Of a stretch of 64,000 nt of DNA, positions 11,111 to 23,050 are shown piece after piece (positions within the stretch are counted from its first letter, which is position 1; the number at the start of each line of letters is the position of its first letter). Source of the stretch: Vicugna vicugna (lineage: Eukaryota). The notes below the pieces were generated by a model. The model worked only from the letters and a program-made list of their open reading frames with translations. It had not been told where the DNA came from and made no database searches. A program made the position numbers and the translations under genes. The stretch covers positions 186,001 to 250,000 of the forward strand of contig MU058883.1 in the NCBI GenBank assembly GCA_013265495.1, in the 5' to 3' direction.

Positions 11111-11839
11111 TCTTAAGGCTCCGGAGCGCCAGCACGCCCTATTCGGCATATAACACAGACCACTGCTCTCACAGGGGAGTGGGTGGGGTATATGGAAAGC
11201 ATTCCCAGGGCCTGAGGCTCCCGAATGTACTAGTAACATTGAATTCCCGACGCCACACTTCCCAGCTTCCCTGCCCCAGGCGCCCCAGCAGTCGCTGCCC
11301 CAGGAACCTGGCCTGTAGCATCCCTGGGGGATCCGTCGTCCTGACTTCTGGGGTCTCCCGAGTGCGGGCCACCTGGGTAGGAAGCACACAGGGCTGCGGA
11401 GACCTCTCAGCCACGCACACCCCGGCCGCAGTGCGTCCCCAGACCCTGCGAACAACAGCCCCCGGGCTCCTGCCTCCCCGACCCCCCGCCCACCCCCAGC
11501 ACAGCACTGGGGGCCATCTGCACACAGTAACTCCGGCCGCGCACCCCGGCTCCCCCTCCCAGCCTAACTCACACCGCCCCGGCCCCGCGCAGAGCTCCTC
11601 CAGCTCCCACCCTGCCAGCACAGCGTCCCCCGGGTCCCCTGTCTCCGGGCCCCGCACAGCGCCCCGGGCTCGCGCTCCCAACCCGGCTCCCCGGGGCCCC
11701 GGTCTCCCCGCTCACCGCGCCCCCGGCTCCCCGGCCTCCCAACGCACAGCGCCCCCGGCGGCGGCCGCGCGGAGCCGGGGCGGGGCGGCGCACAGCGCGG
11801 GGCCGGGCCGGGCGGCTCCCGGCGCGACTTCCTGTAGCC

Positions 11840-14800
11840 ATGGCGGCGCAGTGCTGCTGCCGCAAGGCGCCCGGCGCCGAGGCCGCGCCCGCCCGCCCGC
11901 CGCCCGAGCCCNNNNNNNNNNNNNNNNNNNNNNNNNNNNNNNNNNNNNNNNNNNNNNNNNNNNNNNNNNNNNNNNNNNNNNNNNNNNNNNNNNNNNNNNN
12001 NNNNNNNNNNNNNNNNNNNNNNNNNNNNNNNNNNNNNNNNNNNNNNNNNNNNNNNNNNNNNNNNNNNNNNNNNNNNNNNNNNNNNNNNNNNCTGCACTCG
12101 GCCGCCTTCCGCCACGCCTTCGCCTTCTCCGCCCCCGGGCCGGGATCCGCGCTGCCGCCCCCGCTGCCCGCCTTCCCCGAGGCGCCGGGCGCGGAGCCCG
12201 CCTGCTGCCCGCTGGCCTTCAGGGTNNNNNNNNNNNNNNNNNNNNNNNNNNNNNNNNNNNNNNNNNNNNNNNNNNNNNNNNNNNNNNNNNNNNNNNNNNN
12301 NNNNNNNNNNNNNNNNNNNNNNNNNNNNNNNNNNNNNNNNNNNNNNNNNNNNNNNNNCGTCGGGGCGGTGAGCCGGTCGTGGTGTCGTTTCCAGGCGGCC
12401 TCTCCCTAAGTTGCCAGGGTAGGGGGCATTCATGTGGGCTCTGCGCCTGAGGCAGGCGACCTGAGCCTGGGGCACCTGCCGAGAGGGTGGAGCCAGCCTG
12501 GCCTCTCCCCGGCACTCCCCAACCTGTCCCTGGAGTCCTGTCCAGGTGCTTTCAGTGGTTCCCTTCTGGTGCCTGGGGAGCCCTTAGGAGCCTTGGACCC
12601 ACTGCGAGCCTGGGGGCTGGCCACAGGACAGGGAACACTGTGCCACCACAGGAGGCCTCTCAGGTGTGCAGCAACCATCCCTGCCTGGGCATGAGGGTAG
12701 TGTCTGGTGAGCACAGGCTGAGCCACACACTTGCTGGAGCCTGGCACTGAGAGGCGGGCCAGGCAGTGCCAGGTGTGGAAGGGCCTCTGTGTGACCTGGA
12801 CCTTCAGAGGACTGGTGGGCCCCAGGTCTGTTCCCTGGAGGTGGCATGAGGGACATACCTGACAGAGCCGGCAGCAGAGAGGGCTGGGCTGGCTCTAATG
12901 CTTGGGGCCCCCTGGGCAAGGACTGGCGGACGCCGTCACTGGGTGGCCCCTTGTTCCCAACACAGACACACATGTTGGCTCCGCAGGGCTTTGGGCAGGG
13001 GGCACCTGCTGCCCCAGGGGCTCAGCAGAAAGGCTGGGTGAGCCAGGCTGGGTGCTGCGGCCGCAGCACCTCTCCACCATGGATAGAGCAGGGCCTTTCC
13101 TTTCATTCCCACAGTGTGGGATTTGCTGGGTCCCCAAGGGGACAGCATACGTATGACACTACCTCCCCCCGCAACTCCTCCCCCCCCACAACATACTCCA
13201 GCTCTGGGAGGCCCAGGAGGTCCCATCAGTCACTGTCCATGGCATGTAAATGGACAGGGTGATGGACAGGTGGCATAGAGGCCAGGAGCCATCAGGGTGA
13301 CGTGTGGACGGGAAGAGCCTACGGGCTTCCTAGGATTCCCAGGAGCCCTCAGCAGGCCCTGCCACTTCATCTCCTTTGTGAGCTTCTGTGTGTTCTGGCC
13401 TGGCCACTGGCCTGCTGGGTTGGCCCCTGCTGCCTACTGGGGGTAGTCTGGGGCTCTGACAGCTGACATATACGTCTCCTGCCACACTAGTGAGAATAGA
13501 GGGACGTGGTCCTCCCTGACCTTGACCTGTGAACTTGGAGCCCACGCACGGTCTACCCAGGACAGGCAGAGTGGCCCGCAGAGGGGGGCTAGGGCCTGTA
13601 ACAGGCCACCCTTGCTGGCCTGACCCTATCCCCAGCAGCCTGACCACGAGGGCCTGTCCCCAGTGTGAACCAAGGACCAGCTGCAGCGGGATCCACTGCA
13701 GGGAGTCTCCTTAATGCAGATTCCAGGGTCCCAGCCCTAGGAAGCTCTGTGGTGGGGCCCAAGAATCTGTATTTTTGAACAGACTCCCCAGACAGGCCTT
13801 CTGAACATCTGAGGCAGCCCCGGGGGGGGGGGCGCAGAAAAGAAGGACACCCCTGCAGGCTCCCTGTGGTGAGGGGCAGAGACGGCGGCCTAAAGGAAGT
13901 TTGGAAGGAGTCTCTGAGCACTGCCAGCAGTCCGGCTGAGTGTGCAGGACCGGGATAGGCAGCCCCTCTGGGCCTGGGATCTGCAGTTTGTGGAGGAGGG
14001 AGTGCCATCTGGGTCTGGGATCTGCAGGAGAGGCAGCCCCACCAGGTCTGGGGTCTCGGCAGCTGTGGTAGCTGTCAGCTGTGGAGTCCCTGACCTGCCA
14101 CTTGTGGGGGACTGGGGTCCTTCCATAACGGCCCTAGGAGGACCTTTATGTGCTTGGTAACTGAAGTGGACAAGGAACGACCCAGTTTCCTTCAGTGATC
14201 ATGTTTTGGCAGAGGGAAGGTGGGGAAAACAGAGTCGGGACCCCGAAAAACAGCTGCAATCAGGTTGGGGGAGCCCCTCCCAGGCTCTGTGCTGACCTTT
14301 CTGGAGATGCCAGAAAGCTTGGGCGGAGATGAAAAGTGGTGTGTGGAAGTGGCAGTGGGCCAGGTGGCAGGCGTGGTCCTAGGCAGAGCTGGTGGCCAGG
14401 GTGGGCAGGAGGGCACGGGGAGGGGCTCCCTAGTGGGGGTCGGGCCTGGCCTCAGGCTCTAGGGGAGGTTGGCCAAGAGGGCCACAGTGTCCGGCAGCCA
14501 TGGAGGTGGTTGGCAGCACCAGCACCTGGGGACGCTGGCTGGCTGCAGTGAGGTCAGACAAGCACCCCCGCCATGGGCTCCGCTGCAACTTGGGAGTCCT
14601 CTGACCCCTCCTCCCAGCACCCTTCCTGGCTGAGGCCTGGGAGAACTGGGACTCGGGTGCTCTGACTATGTCTCGATTTCCCCTGGGAAGCGGATGAGGG
14701 GCACAGGCTGGGAGACGGCCTCCTGTCTGGAGGAAGACTGGCCTGCCTGCCCAGGGGCTGCTGTTGGCCCTGGATGAGCCCCAGTCGGCACAGCCCCTCT

Positions 14801-17800
14801 GGACCCTCACTCCCTTCCTCTCCAGCTGCTGCCCCCAGCAGCTCCGGGCCTGGAAGCCTGGACAGTGGGGTTGGGGCTGCTTCCTACGGCCTTGCCCTCT
14901 AGGGGAACTCTGCCCAGCTGTCAGGAATGAAGGCCAGGCTGGCAGGCGTATCCTGGCATCCCCACGTGCCACTCTCTGTGGGACAGGGTCCCAAGTCCCC
15001 CCGGTCCTCAGGTGCCCCCGCCTCACTGGGACGAGGAGGGCCGTCCGCCAGCAGCTGTGGTCTCCACAAGGCCTTGGCCCACTGTGTCGGGGAGGGTGTG
15101 ACTGCCAGAGCCCGGGGCCGTGGGTGACGCCCACCCCCACCCGCTGCAGATCTGGTGGCTGGACCCGGAGCTGACCTACGGCAGCGCCAAGCCCTTCGTC
15201 TTCACCCAGGGCCACTCCGTCTGCAACCGCTCCTTCTTCCCTTGCTTCGACACGCCCGCCGTCAAGTGCACCTACTCAGCTGTCGTAAAGGTCGGTGCCC
15301 ACCGGCAGCCCTCCTCCTCACTTCCTGCCACTGGGACCGCCGTCCTGGGAGCCCACCCTCGCTGATAGGGTTGGAGTCCGAGACCCAGGATGGGCCCCAG
15401 GACCCCAAGGAAAGGAGGCTCGGTCGGAGCTGCTGGGTCCCTGGCCTGAGCGTGGCAGCACCCCCGCCCCACTTCTACCCCCGGCTTGGGCAGGAGGTGT
15501 GCAGACCAGGAGCTCGGGGCTCCCCAAAGAGCGTGGGGGTCCCTGATGGGGATGAGGGGGTCCCTGACAGCATAACTGCCTGGCCCAGGTTGTAGGGCTT
15601 CCCGTCGGGGACGTGGGTGTGGGGCTTTCTGACTGGGGACGAGGGGTGGCCTGACAGGGCGCACAGGGTTCCCCATCACGGGCAGGGGTGCCCTGATGGG
15701 TGGGGCCTCCTCGAACACAGGCCCCGTCGGGGGTGCAAGTGCTGATGAGTGCCACCCAGAGCACCTATGTGGAGGAGGAGGGCGTCTACCGCTTCCACAT
15801 GGAGCACCCTGTGCCTGCCTACCTCGTGGCCCTCGTGGCCGGGGACCTCCAGCCAGCAGACATCGGGCCCAGGTAGGGCTGCCTCTTGCTTCCCCCAGCT
15901 GCTCCCGCCACCTGGGGTCTAGGCCTCGGGGTGATCCTGCCGTGGACTGGGTGTCCGACCTGCGCAGCGGCTGCCGTGTTGCTGGCACGCTGTGGGGCCA
16001 GCTCTGCCCTGCCTTACTGCCACTGCCCAGGGCCATCCCTGCCAGGCTCCTCTCACTCCCCTGTACCCCCTGGCCTGGAGGCCAGGCTCCCGGCCTCACC
16101 AGCACCCTCCCCAACCTGGTCCTCCTGCAAGGCCATGCTGCAGCCTGACACACCCTCACTCTTGTGTGGGCTCTGTCAACTCAGAGACAGAAGGAGCCAG
16201 TAGTCCCTCGGCGTGTGGCCTGGCCCTGGCTGTGGGAAGGGGCTGCATGGTGGCAGTGAGTGAGGTGGGGCGGTGGGCGGCAAGCAGCGGGCCAGACTAG
16301 GTGCAGGTGTTATTTCAGCCCAGCAGCCCAGAGGGAAGGCCTGGTGGGGTAAGCAGGGCGGGGGCTAGTTGGCCCCGGCCCACCCTCTCCCCTGTGACAG
16401 GAGCCGTGTGTGGGCCGAGCCATGCCTCCTGCCCACGGCCACTAGCAAGCTGTCAGGCGCGGTGGAGCAGTGGCTGAGTGCCGCCGAGCGTCTGTACGGG
16501 CCATACATGTGGGGCAGGTACGTTCGGGGGCGCCTGGGAGCCCTGGCTGGCTGCAGGAGGGGTCCGAGGACTCCCAGGGAACAGCGGGCTCCACGATGGG
16601 GGCCTCGTCTGACGCCTGGCGGGGGAAGTGATGCTCGCTGCCCAGGCCCCAGCTGTCTTAACGGTCACCCGTGCTCCCCATCCCCGGGCAGGTATGACAT
16701 CGTCTTCTTGCCCCCCTCCTTCCCCATCGTGGCCATGGAGAACCCCTGCCTCACCTTCATCATCTCCTCCATCCTGGAGAGTGACGAGTTCCTGGTCATT
16801 GACGTCATCCATGAGGTGGCCCACAGCTGGTTTGGCAACGCCGTCACCAACGCCACGTGGGAGGAGATGTGGCTGAGCGAAGGCCTGGCCACCTACGCCC
16901 AGCGCCGCATCACCACGGAGACCTATGGTACTGGGCTGGGGAGGGGTGGGGGTGGCGCCACCATGGCCTCGTGCCGGCTGGCGCCACCAGGGCTGTCCTG
17001 GGCACCACACAAGGGGCTGAGAGCCCAGCCTGGTCCCAGGGTGTGGCCCCGCTGCCCTGCGTGTCCAGCCACAAGGCTCAGGGCAGGGAGCAGCCACACC
17101 TGCCCCAGGCGCTCAGGCTGGCCTCCCGCCCCCCCCACCTCCCTGCCCCCGTGCAGGTGCTGCCTTCACCTGTCTGGAGACAGCCTTCCGCCTGGATGCC
17201 CTGCACAGGCAGATGAAGCTTCTCGGAGAGGACAGCCCGGTCAGCAAGCTGCAGGTCAAGCTGGAGCCAGGTGCCTACTCCCACCAGGACCTGGCCTGGG
17301 CCTGCAGACGCCACCTGCAGGGCCTTCTTGCCCACCGCTTGCTTCCTCTGGCTGGGTGTCCCTGTCTTCCAGCATGGCATCCCTGCAAAGGCCAGGTCAG
17401 GCCCTCCCAGCCCCAGGAAGGCCTTCCCTAGGCTCCCTCAGCCCGCCACCACCTCTCACAGGCTCTGAGCACCCATCACTGTGGTGTGTGGACCCTCGGT
17501 CTCCCCCAAGGCCCCCCCCCCCAGGACAAGCAGGCCCAATCACTGCACCCCCAGGGCATCCGGACGTGAGGGAAGGTGGCCCTCAGCTCTTCCCCCTGCA
17601 CAGCCCCTGACCCCTGGCCGCCATCCCTTGGGACACAGGAGGGTCAGGGCACCGCCCAGAGCCCAGGGTGTTCCCCTTGCAGGGGTGAACCCTAGCCACC
17701 TGATGAACCTGTTCACCTACGAGAAGGGCTACTGCTTCGTGTACTACCTGTCCCAGCTCTGCGGGGACCCCCAGCGCTTCGACGACTTCCTCCGAGTGAG

Positions 17801-20433
17801 CAGCCCCTCCCGGGACAGGCCCCGCCTCTCCTACCCCATCCACACCCGCCTCGCCCCCAGGGCTGTGCCCTTCTCCCCAGGGCGGGGTGGGGGCGGGGGC
17901 GGGGGCGGGGCTGTGGGTGGAGCTGGGACCTGCCCCCCTCTCTCAGGGGCAGTGCCTGGGTGCTGCCTCCTGTCTTTCCCACCCTCCCACGCGTGGCCGC
18001 TTGGCGGGCCAGTGAGGCAGCAGTGGTGTCTCTGCACCCACCCTGGGCTTGCACACCCCTCTGTGCAGACCCCTCGGGGCGGGGCCTCTTCTAGCCGGCC
18101 ATGCTGTGCAGGCCCCAGCTCTGAGGGGGCGGCGATATGTGCCCAGCTCCCAGGCCTGCTGAGCCCTGCCCCTGCCCATGNNNNNNNNNNNNNNNNNNNN
18201 NNNNNNNNNNNNNNNNNNNNNNNNNNNNNNNNNNNNNNNNNNNNNNNNNNNNNNNNNNNNNNNNNNNNNNNNNNNNNNNNNNNNNNNNNNNNNNNNNNNN
18301 NNNNNNNNNNNNCATGTCCTCACGCAGCGAGCCCACGGCCTGCCAGGATGGGTGTGGGGCTCTCCCTCACACGATGCCACCTCTGCCTGGAGGAGAGCCC
18401 CTTGGGTTTACCCATCCTTCCTGCAGCCAACCCTCACTAGGCTGGACACCATAGGAGTAGAGAGGAGAGTGTGCTTCCCAGCCTGATGGGGCCCTGGGGG
18501 CTTCCCAGAGGAGGTGGCACTTAAGCCAGGCAGACTTGATTAGGCAGTCCCAGAAAAAGAGCCATGGAAAGTGTGTGCAAAGGGCCTGGGGCAGGATCTG
18601 CAGGGCAGAGGGAGGTTTGTCTCAGAGCTGGCTGAAGCCAGCTGGCCTGCTTGCATGACGCTCGTGAGGGTGTCTCTCGGGGTCCGAGGGCTTGGACGCC
18701 AAAGAAGAAACAGAAGGGATCTGCTGTCTAGGGAGAGGCCAGGGTTTGCTAGAAGGCGGTGAGGTATGGCTGGGAGGTCTGGGCGTGGGGGCCCTGTGCT
18801 TCAAAAGGGGCGGTAGGCACGCTAAGGATTCTGGGGTTTAGCGGGTGGGTAGAACGTGTCCCCTCGGCAGCCACCTCTTGGGCTTTAGAGCAGGAACACC
18901 CCTTTACCAGTGCGTTGCCACCCACCCTGTCACCGTGCAGTGCCTCCCTCCGATCTCCCTGCTACGGGGTTAAAGTGCCTCATTGTCTTCCACTCAGGAG
19001 AGACCTGGAGGGGTGGAGGTCCCTCAGTCACCAACCCAAGCCTTCTGCCTCCCTGTGCCCCTTCACAAAAGCCACTCCAGTGGCCTGCAGGGCAGGGGCT
19101 GGAGCTGACCCCGGCCTCCCCAAACTTCCCCACTCTTGGGGCTGCCAGGCCCTGGGATGGTCACACCCAGGAACACCCTCAGGGTCAGGAGTCTCCTGGA
19201 CAGGCCTGCTCAGGCAGCCACTCCCCAGCCCAGGAGGAGGCCCTAGGATCTCGTGTCCCCTGCAGGGCTGGAGTTCGAGCGCTGGCTTAATGCCACGGGC
19301 CCCCCGCTGGCTGAGCCGGACCTGTCTCAGGGGTCTAGCCTGACCCGGCCGGTGGAGGCCCTCTTCCAGCTGTGGACTGCGGAGCCCCTGGACCAGGCGG
19401 CTGCCTCTGCCAGCACCATCGACATCTCCAAGTGGAGGACCTTCCAGACTGCACTCTTCCTGGACCGGCTCCTGGATGGGTCCCCGCTGCCCCAGGGTGA
19501 GTCCCTCAGCTGCCCAGGTGGCTGGGGAGGGGTGCGCCTGCAGGGCCCTGACCTGCCTGCCGCCCCGCAGAGGTGGTGATGAGCCTGTCCAACTGCTACT
19601 CCTCCCTGCTGGACTCCATGAATGCCGAGATCCGCATCCGCTGGCTGCAGATCGTGGTCCGGAACGACTACTACCCCGACCTCCACAGGGTCCGGCGCTT
19701 CCTCGAGAGCCAGGTGCGACTGCCCGCACGGGCCTCCTCCCCCAGCCGCTGCGCCCCCCACGGCCCCCTGGTCTGACCATTCAGGCTGGGCACCCCAGAG
19801 AATGGTGCGGGGAAGACGCGCAATCTAAGGTGGCAGTGGGGGGAAGAGACCAGACACCGCCAGACCCTGGGAGGCTGTGCCCGGAGGGGCCAAGCTGGGA
19901 GCAGAGACTGGGCCTGGACACTGGGGCATCTGAGCTCCTCAGAGGTCCCGGTGGTCCCACAGGGGCCCTGGCCTCCCCACTCCCCCACCTGTCCCCTGTC
20001 AGCACCCTCAGCCCAAGCTCCCTGGAGACGGGGCCTCTGTAGAAGGCCTGTGAGTGACGGGGTGAGGGCAGAGGGGTCCCGCTGTGGCCGTGTGGGGGCG
20101 GCCAATTCTCCTGAGTGCCCTGCACCCCGCCCCCTCCCCCAGCAGATGTCCCGCATGTACACCATCCCGCTGTATGAGGACCTGTGCACCGGCGCCCTCA
20201 AGTCCTTCGCCCTGGAGGTCTTCTACCAGACGCAGGGCCGGCTGCACCCTAACCTGCGCAGGACCATCCAGCAGATCCTGTCCCAGGGCCTGGGCCCCAG
20301 TGCCGAGCCCAGCGTGGAGCAGGGCAGTGCCGGAGCGGACTCAGAGGCGGATGCGGACACACCAGCCCTGCTGCTTGGGGACGAGGCCCCCAGCAGCGCC
20401 ATCTCTCTCAGGGACGTCAATGTGTCTGCCTAG
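11840..20433 (+). CDS. RNPEPL1: Arginyl aminopeptidase-like 1 (M1 zinc aminopeptidase), 11 exons, about 713 aa: 11840..~12337, 15150..15290, 15721..15872, 16401..16517, 16692..16927, 17157..17270, 17683..17795, (exon 8 in gap 18181..18312), 19266..19496, 19571..19713, 20146..20433
   Basis: N-terminus [17 protein letters not shown]; VAMEN exopeptidase-motif variant; HEVAH-X18-E zinc motif in exon 5; C-terminus [12 protein letters not shown]. All visible junctions are GT-AG with compatible phases. The exon 1 end and exon 8 are inferred from the human gene structure. Confidence 0.97.
11912..12091. other. N-run (180 nt) inside RNPEPL1 exon 1
   Basis: Directly visible; exactly 60 codons. Confidence 1.
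12226..12357. other. N-run (132 nt) covering the end of RNPEPL1 exon 1 and its donor
   Basis: Directly visible. Confidence 1.
13655..13810 (+). mobile_element. MER5-like MITE in RNPEPL1 intron 1
   Basis: GGACCAGCTGCAGC...AATGCAGATTCCAGGGTCCCAGCCC...GGGGCCCAAGAATCTGTATTTTTGAACA. Confidence 0.6.
16692..16927 (+). CDS. RNPEPL1: RNPEPL1 exon 5 (active-site exon)
   Basis: [22 protein letters not shown]...[41 protein letters not shown]. Confidence 0.97.
18181..18312. other. RNPEPL1: N-run (132 nt) that must contain RNPEPL1 exon 8 (about 109 nt)
   Basis: Exon 7 ends in phase 0 (DFLR|) and exon 9 begins in phase 1 (GLEFER). The intervening exon is not visible elsewhere in intron 7/8. Confidence 0.8.
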
Positions 20434-21111
20434 CCGTGACCTCCAGACACCACGATTGTGCCTTCTGTGGCCCGGGCCTGCCATGACTGCGCCGCGGCTC
20501 TGGCCGTGAGCTCTGCCCGGGCCCACGCGCCCCACTCGCGGGCTTTCCCAGGGACCTGCCCGGGGCCAGCCGAGGCCAGTGGACCCAGTCCCCCAGCTCT
20601 CTTGCACTGCAGGCCCCAGAATGGCCAGCACATGCCACGCCCTCCTGTCTCAACACTGACTGCCAGACGCTGCCCCGGGTTGACAGCCACCGCCACACTG
20701 TGCCTTAAGTCTGCTGGGAGGCCTGGCTGTGCTGTCCCCATAGCGAGCCTCGCCCCGCAGAGCCCTGCACCCCGCCCCGGGGGCTGGTGGTCTCCATTGG
20801 CCCTGGCAGAGGGACAAGGACATAGACATGCCCTCAGTGTGGGGGCAGGGGACACTAAGGAGAGGGTGGATGTCCCTGGGGAGGGGCCCCCCCAAAAGCC
20901 TTAGCTCCTCAGGGAACATGGGGTCCCAGGCCCCCGGGCGGGGTGGGACAGGACTGTCTGTCTTGTGGCTGCCTGCGGCCAGAGCAGCAGTAACACAGAT
21001 GGGGGCAGGTGGTACTGGTGCTCTTAGGCCCACCCTGCTGGCAGAGGCCTGGGGACCCTGGTTAGAGCTGGGCCACCTGGGCCCCTGCAATGGGGTCACC
21101 ATGATTGTCCC

Positions 21112-21117
21112 ATTAAA
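21112..21117 (+). terminator. RNPEPL1 polyadenylation signal ATTAAA
   Basis: About 680 nt after the stop; common variant hexamer followed by a TTGTTGG tract. Confidence 0.6.
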
Positions 21118-22869
21118 CCTCCACTCTGCAAACTACCTCCCAGCTTGTTGGTCCCAACTCTTCCTTCATGTGTGCCCAGCTGCCGCGAGGCGGGGTCTAG
21201 AGCTGGTCAGCCCTGTCCTCAGACACAGGCTCCCGGCCAGAGGCAGGGAGATGCTGGATAGGGCTGCGGGCCTTCCTAAGCACCCAGCCACTCCTGACCA
21301 TTGGCTCTGCCCTCAGGCCCCAGATCCTGCCCTGCGGCCCCGGGGGTCTGAGCAGCAGCCACGGGCTTCCCCCACCCTCCCCGACCCCCTCGCCAGGCCT
21401 CTGCCATGCCCCTTTCCTGGACCTAGCACACCAATATAATGGAGGTCACTTGTCACCACCCTCGCTGTAAGCCTTTCTCAGTGGTGCTCCCCTGTCCCAA
21501 ACTGGAGTAAAGGAAAAGGTGAGTGCGATCTTGGAAGATGGCGACTGAGGGGCTGCAGACGTCCACCAGCACAGGCACAGTAGTGGCTGCAGGTGCGGGG
21601 GGAGTTCAGGCGAGGAAACAGGGCAGGGACCCCATGGGGGCCTCTCCACGAAGCATGGCTGTGCTGCGGGCACAGGAGTGATGCGGCTACTGGGGCCAAG
21701 GGCAGGGTCCCGCTCAGCGTGTCGGGGTCTCCCACGGGATTAGGCTGACACACCTGTTCGTGGGTCTCTGTGCCAGGCAGCACTGCAAGCTCTCCCACCA
21801 GGATTATGTGCTCTGGTCCCAAAGTGACATGTCACCTGACCAACTGGCCAGACCCAGTCCCAGAGCCCACCCTACACAAGGGGCCAGGATGCAGGAGAAT
21901 GAGAAACAGTTCAGGCAGGGCCGGCCACACTGGCCCTGCCACATCCAGCCCCCAGGTCACCAAATATCCTGCTGACTCTCCTTCCTGCAGTCAAGATCCA
22001 CCACCCACCCTGGCCAGAAGATGACCTGGTCCCGGCCAGGCACGGTACAGGACCCCGGGTGGCCTCCGTGAATGAGGGCCTGTGCGCATCCCTGCTCCAG
22101 GACCGGGTGGGGCTCTGCTCAACCCACAGACTTGTGAGGTGGAGGGCCATACACCTACCCCGCAGGGAGCGGGGTGGGGCCACAGCAGCAGCGTCCCTGT
22201 GGAAGGAGGGACACGGGTCCCCCAGCGCAGGGTCCTCTGTGGCCCTTGGTGCTGCCCTTGGAAGGGTCTGTCCTCTTCCTGTCTTCTCAGCCTCCTCCCC
22301 GCCAAAGCCACTCTCAAGTCTCTAGGCACCAACCTCTCCGTCCCAGGCCCTTAGTTCCTTGGGTAGTTCAACTCAAAAGCACCGTAGTCTCCCCAGCCCT
22401 TGACTCCAGCCCCCAAGGCCTGCGGTGCTGCTGAGATGCGCTTCGCTCCCCACCGGCCCGGCGCCACCCCGCCTGCCGCTCTCCCGACTTTGCAAAGCTC
22501 AGAAGCAGCCCTCTACTGTCACAGCTAGGGTGGCGCCCATCTCCTCGGCCTGTCCTGGCTCTGACCTGCCCTCGGATGAGCGGGAGGCCTCTCGACCCTG
22601 CGAGTCCCTGCGTCTCTGCCTTTCTTGACTCCTTCTAGCTTGCAAACCCGGAATGGCTTTCAGCCTCTCTCCCCCTTGGGTATCTTGCCAGACACAGCCT
22701 GTGATAATACATGCTGCCAGTGTTTCCCAACCTCTTCCCCCAGACCTGCGAGTTATTTTGGACATCACTTGCCTCGTGAGTCATCACAGTTGAGTTTTAC
22801 CAAATGTTTCGCCGCTGCGTAACAGCTGCCAGCATTCCAGCTTCCGTGGCGGGCCATGGCCAGCCCCGA

Positions 22870-23050
22870 GCCTCTCCCAGGGCCGACCACGCTCCGGCAG
22901 CGAACGGCCCTAAAACGCCGACGTTTTGAACAACAAAGGGTTATTTCTCACTTGTGCCACGTGTCAACTTCAGGCGGGCAGGGTGGGGGTTCCAGTCACC
23001 GTGGTTCTTCAGGGACCCCTGACGGAGGAGAGGAGGTCGCAAACATCCCA
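22870..23050. mobile_element. Old MaLR LTR fragment (MLT1K-like)
   Basis: AACAACAAAGGGTTATTTCTCAC...CAGGGACCCCTGACGGAG pattern. Confidence 0.35.

Larger units (their letters stand above)
11250..12450. promoter_or_regulatory. CpG island, RNPEPL1 promoter and exon 1
   Basis: Very high GC and CpG; GGGGCGGGG at about 11779; ETS core ACTTCCTG just before a strong Kozak start GCCATGG at 11840. Confidence 0.75.

Noticed and set aside
11179-12450. 423-aa plus-strand ORF across the RNPEPL1 promoter
   Set aside because: GTG start, low-complexity Pro/Ala/Arg content, spans two N-runs and is out of frame with RNPEPL1; a CpG-island artefact.
16369-17610. 413-aa ORF in RNPEPL1
   Set aside because: Exons 4 and 5 joined by an in-frame 174-nt intron plus intronic read-through; explained by the spliced model.
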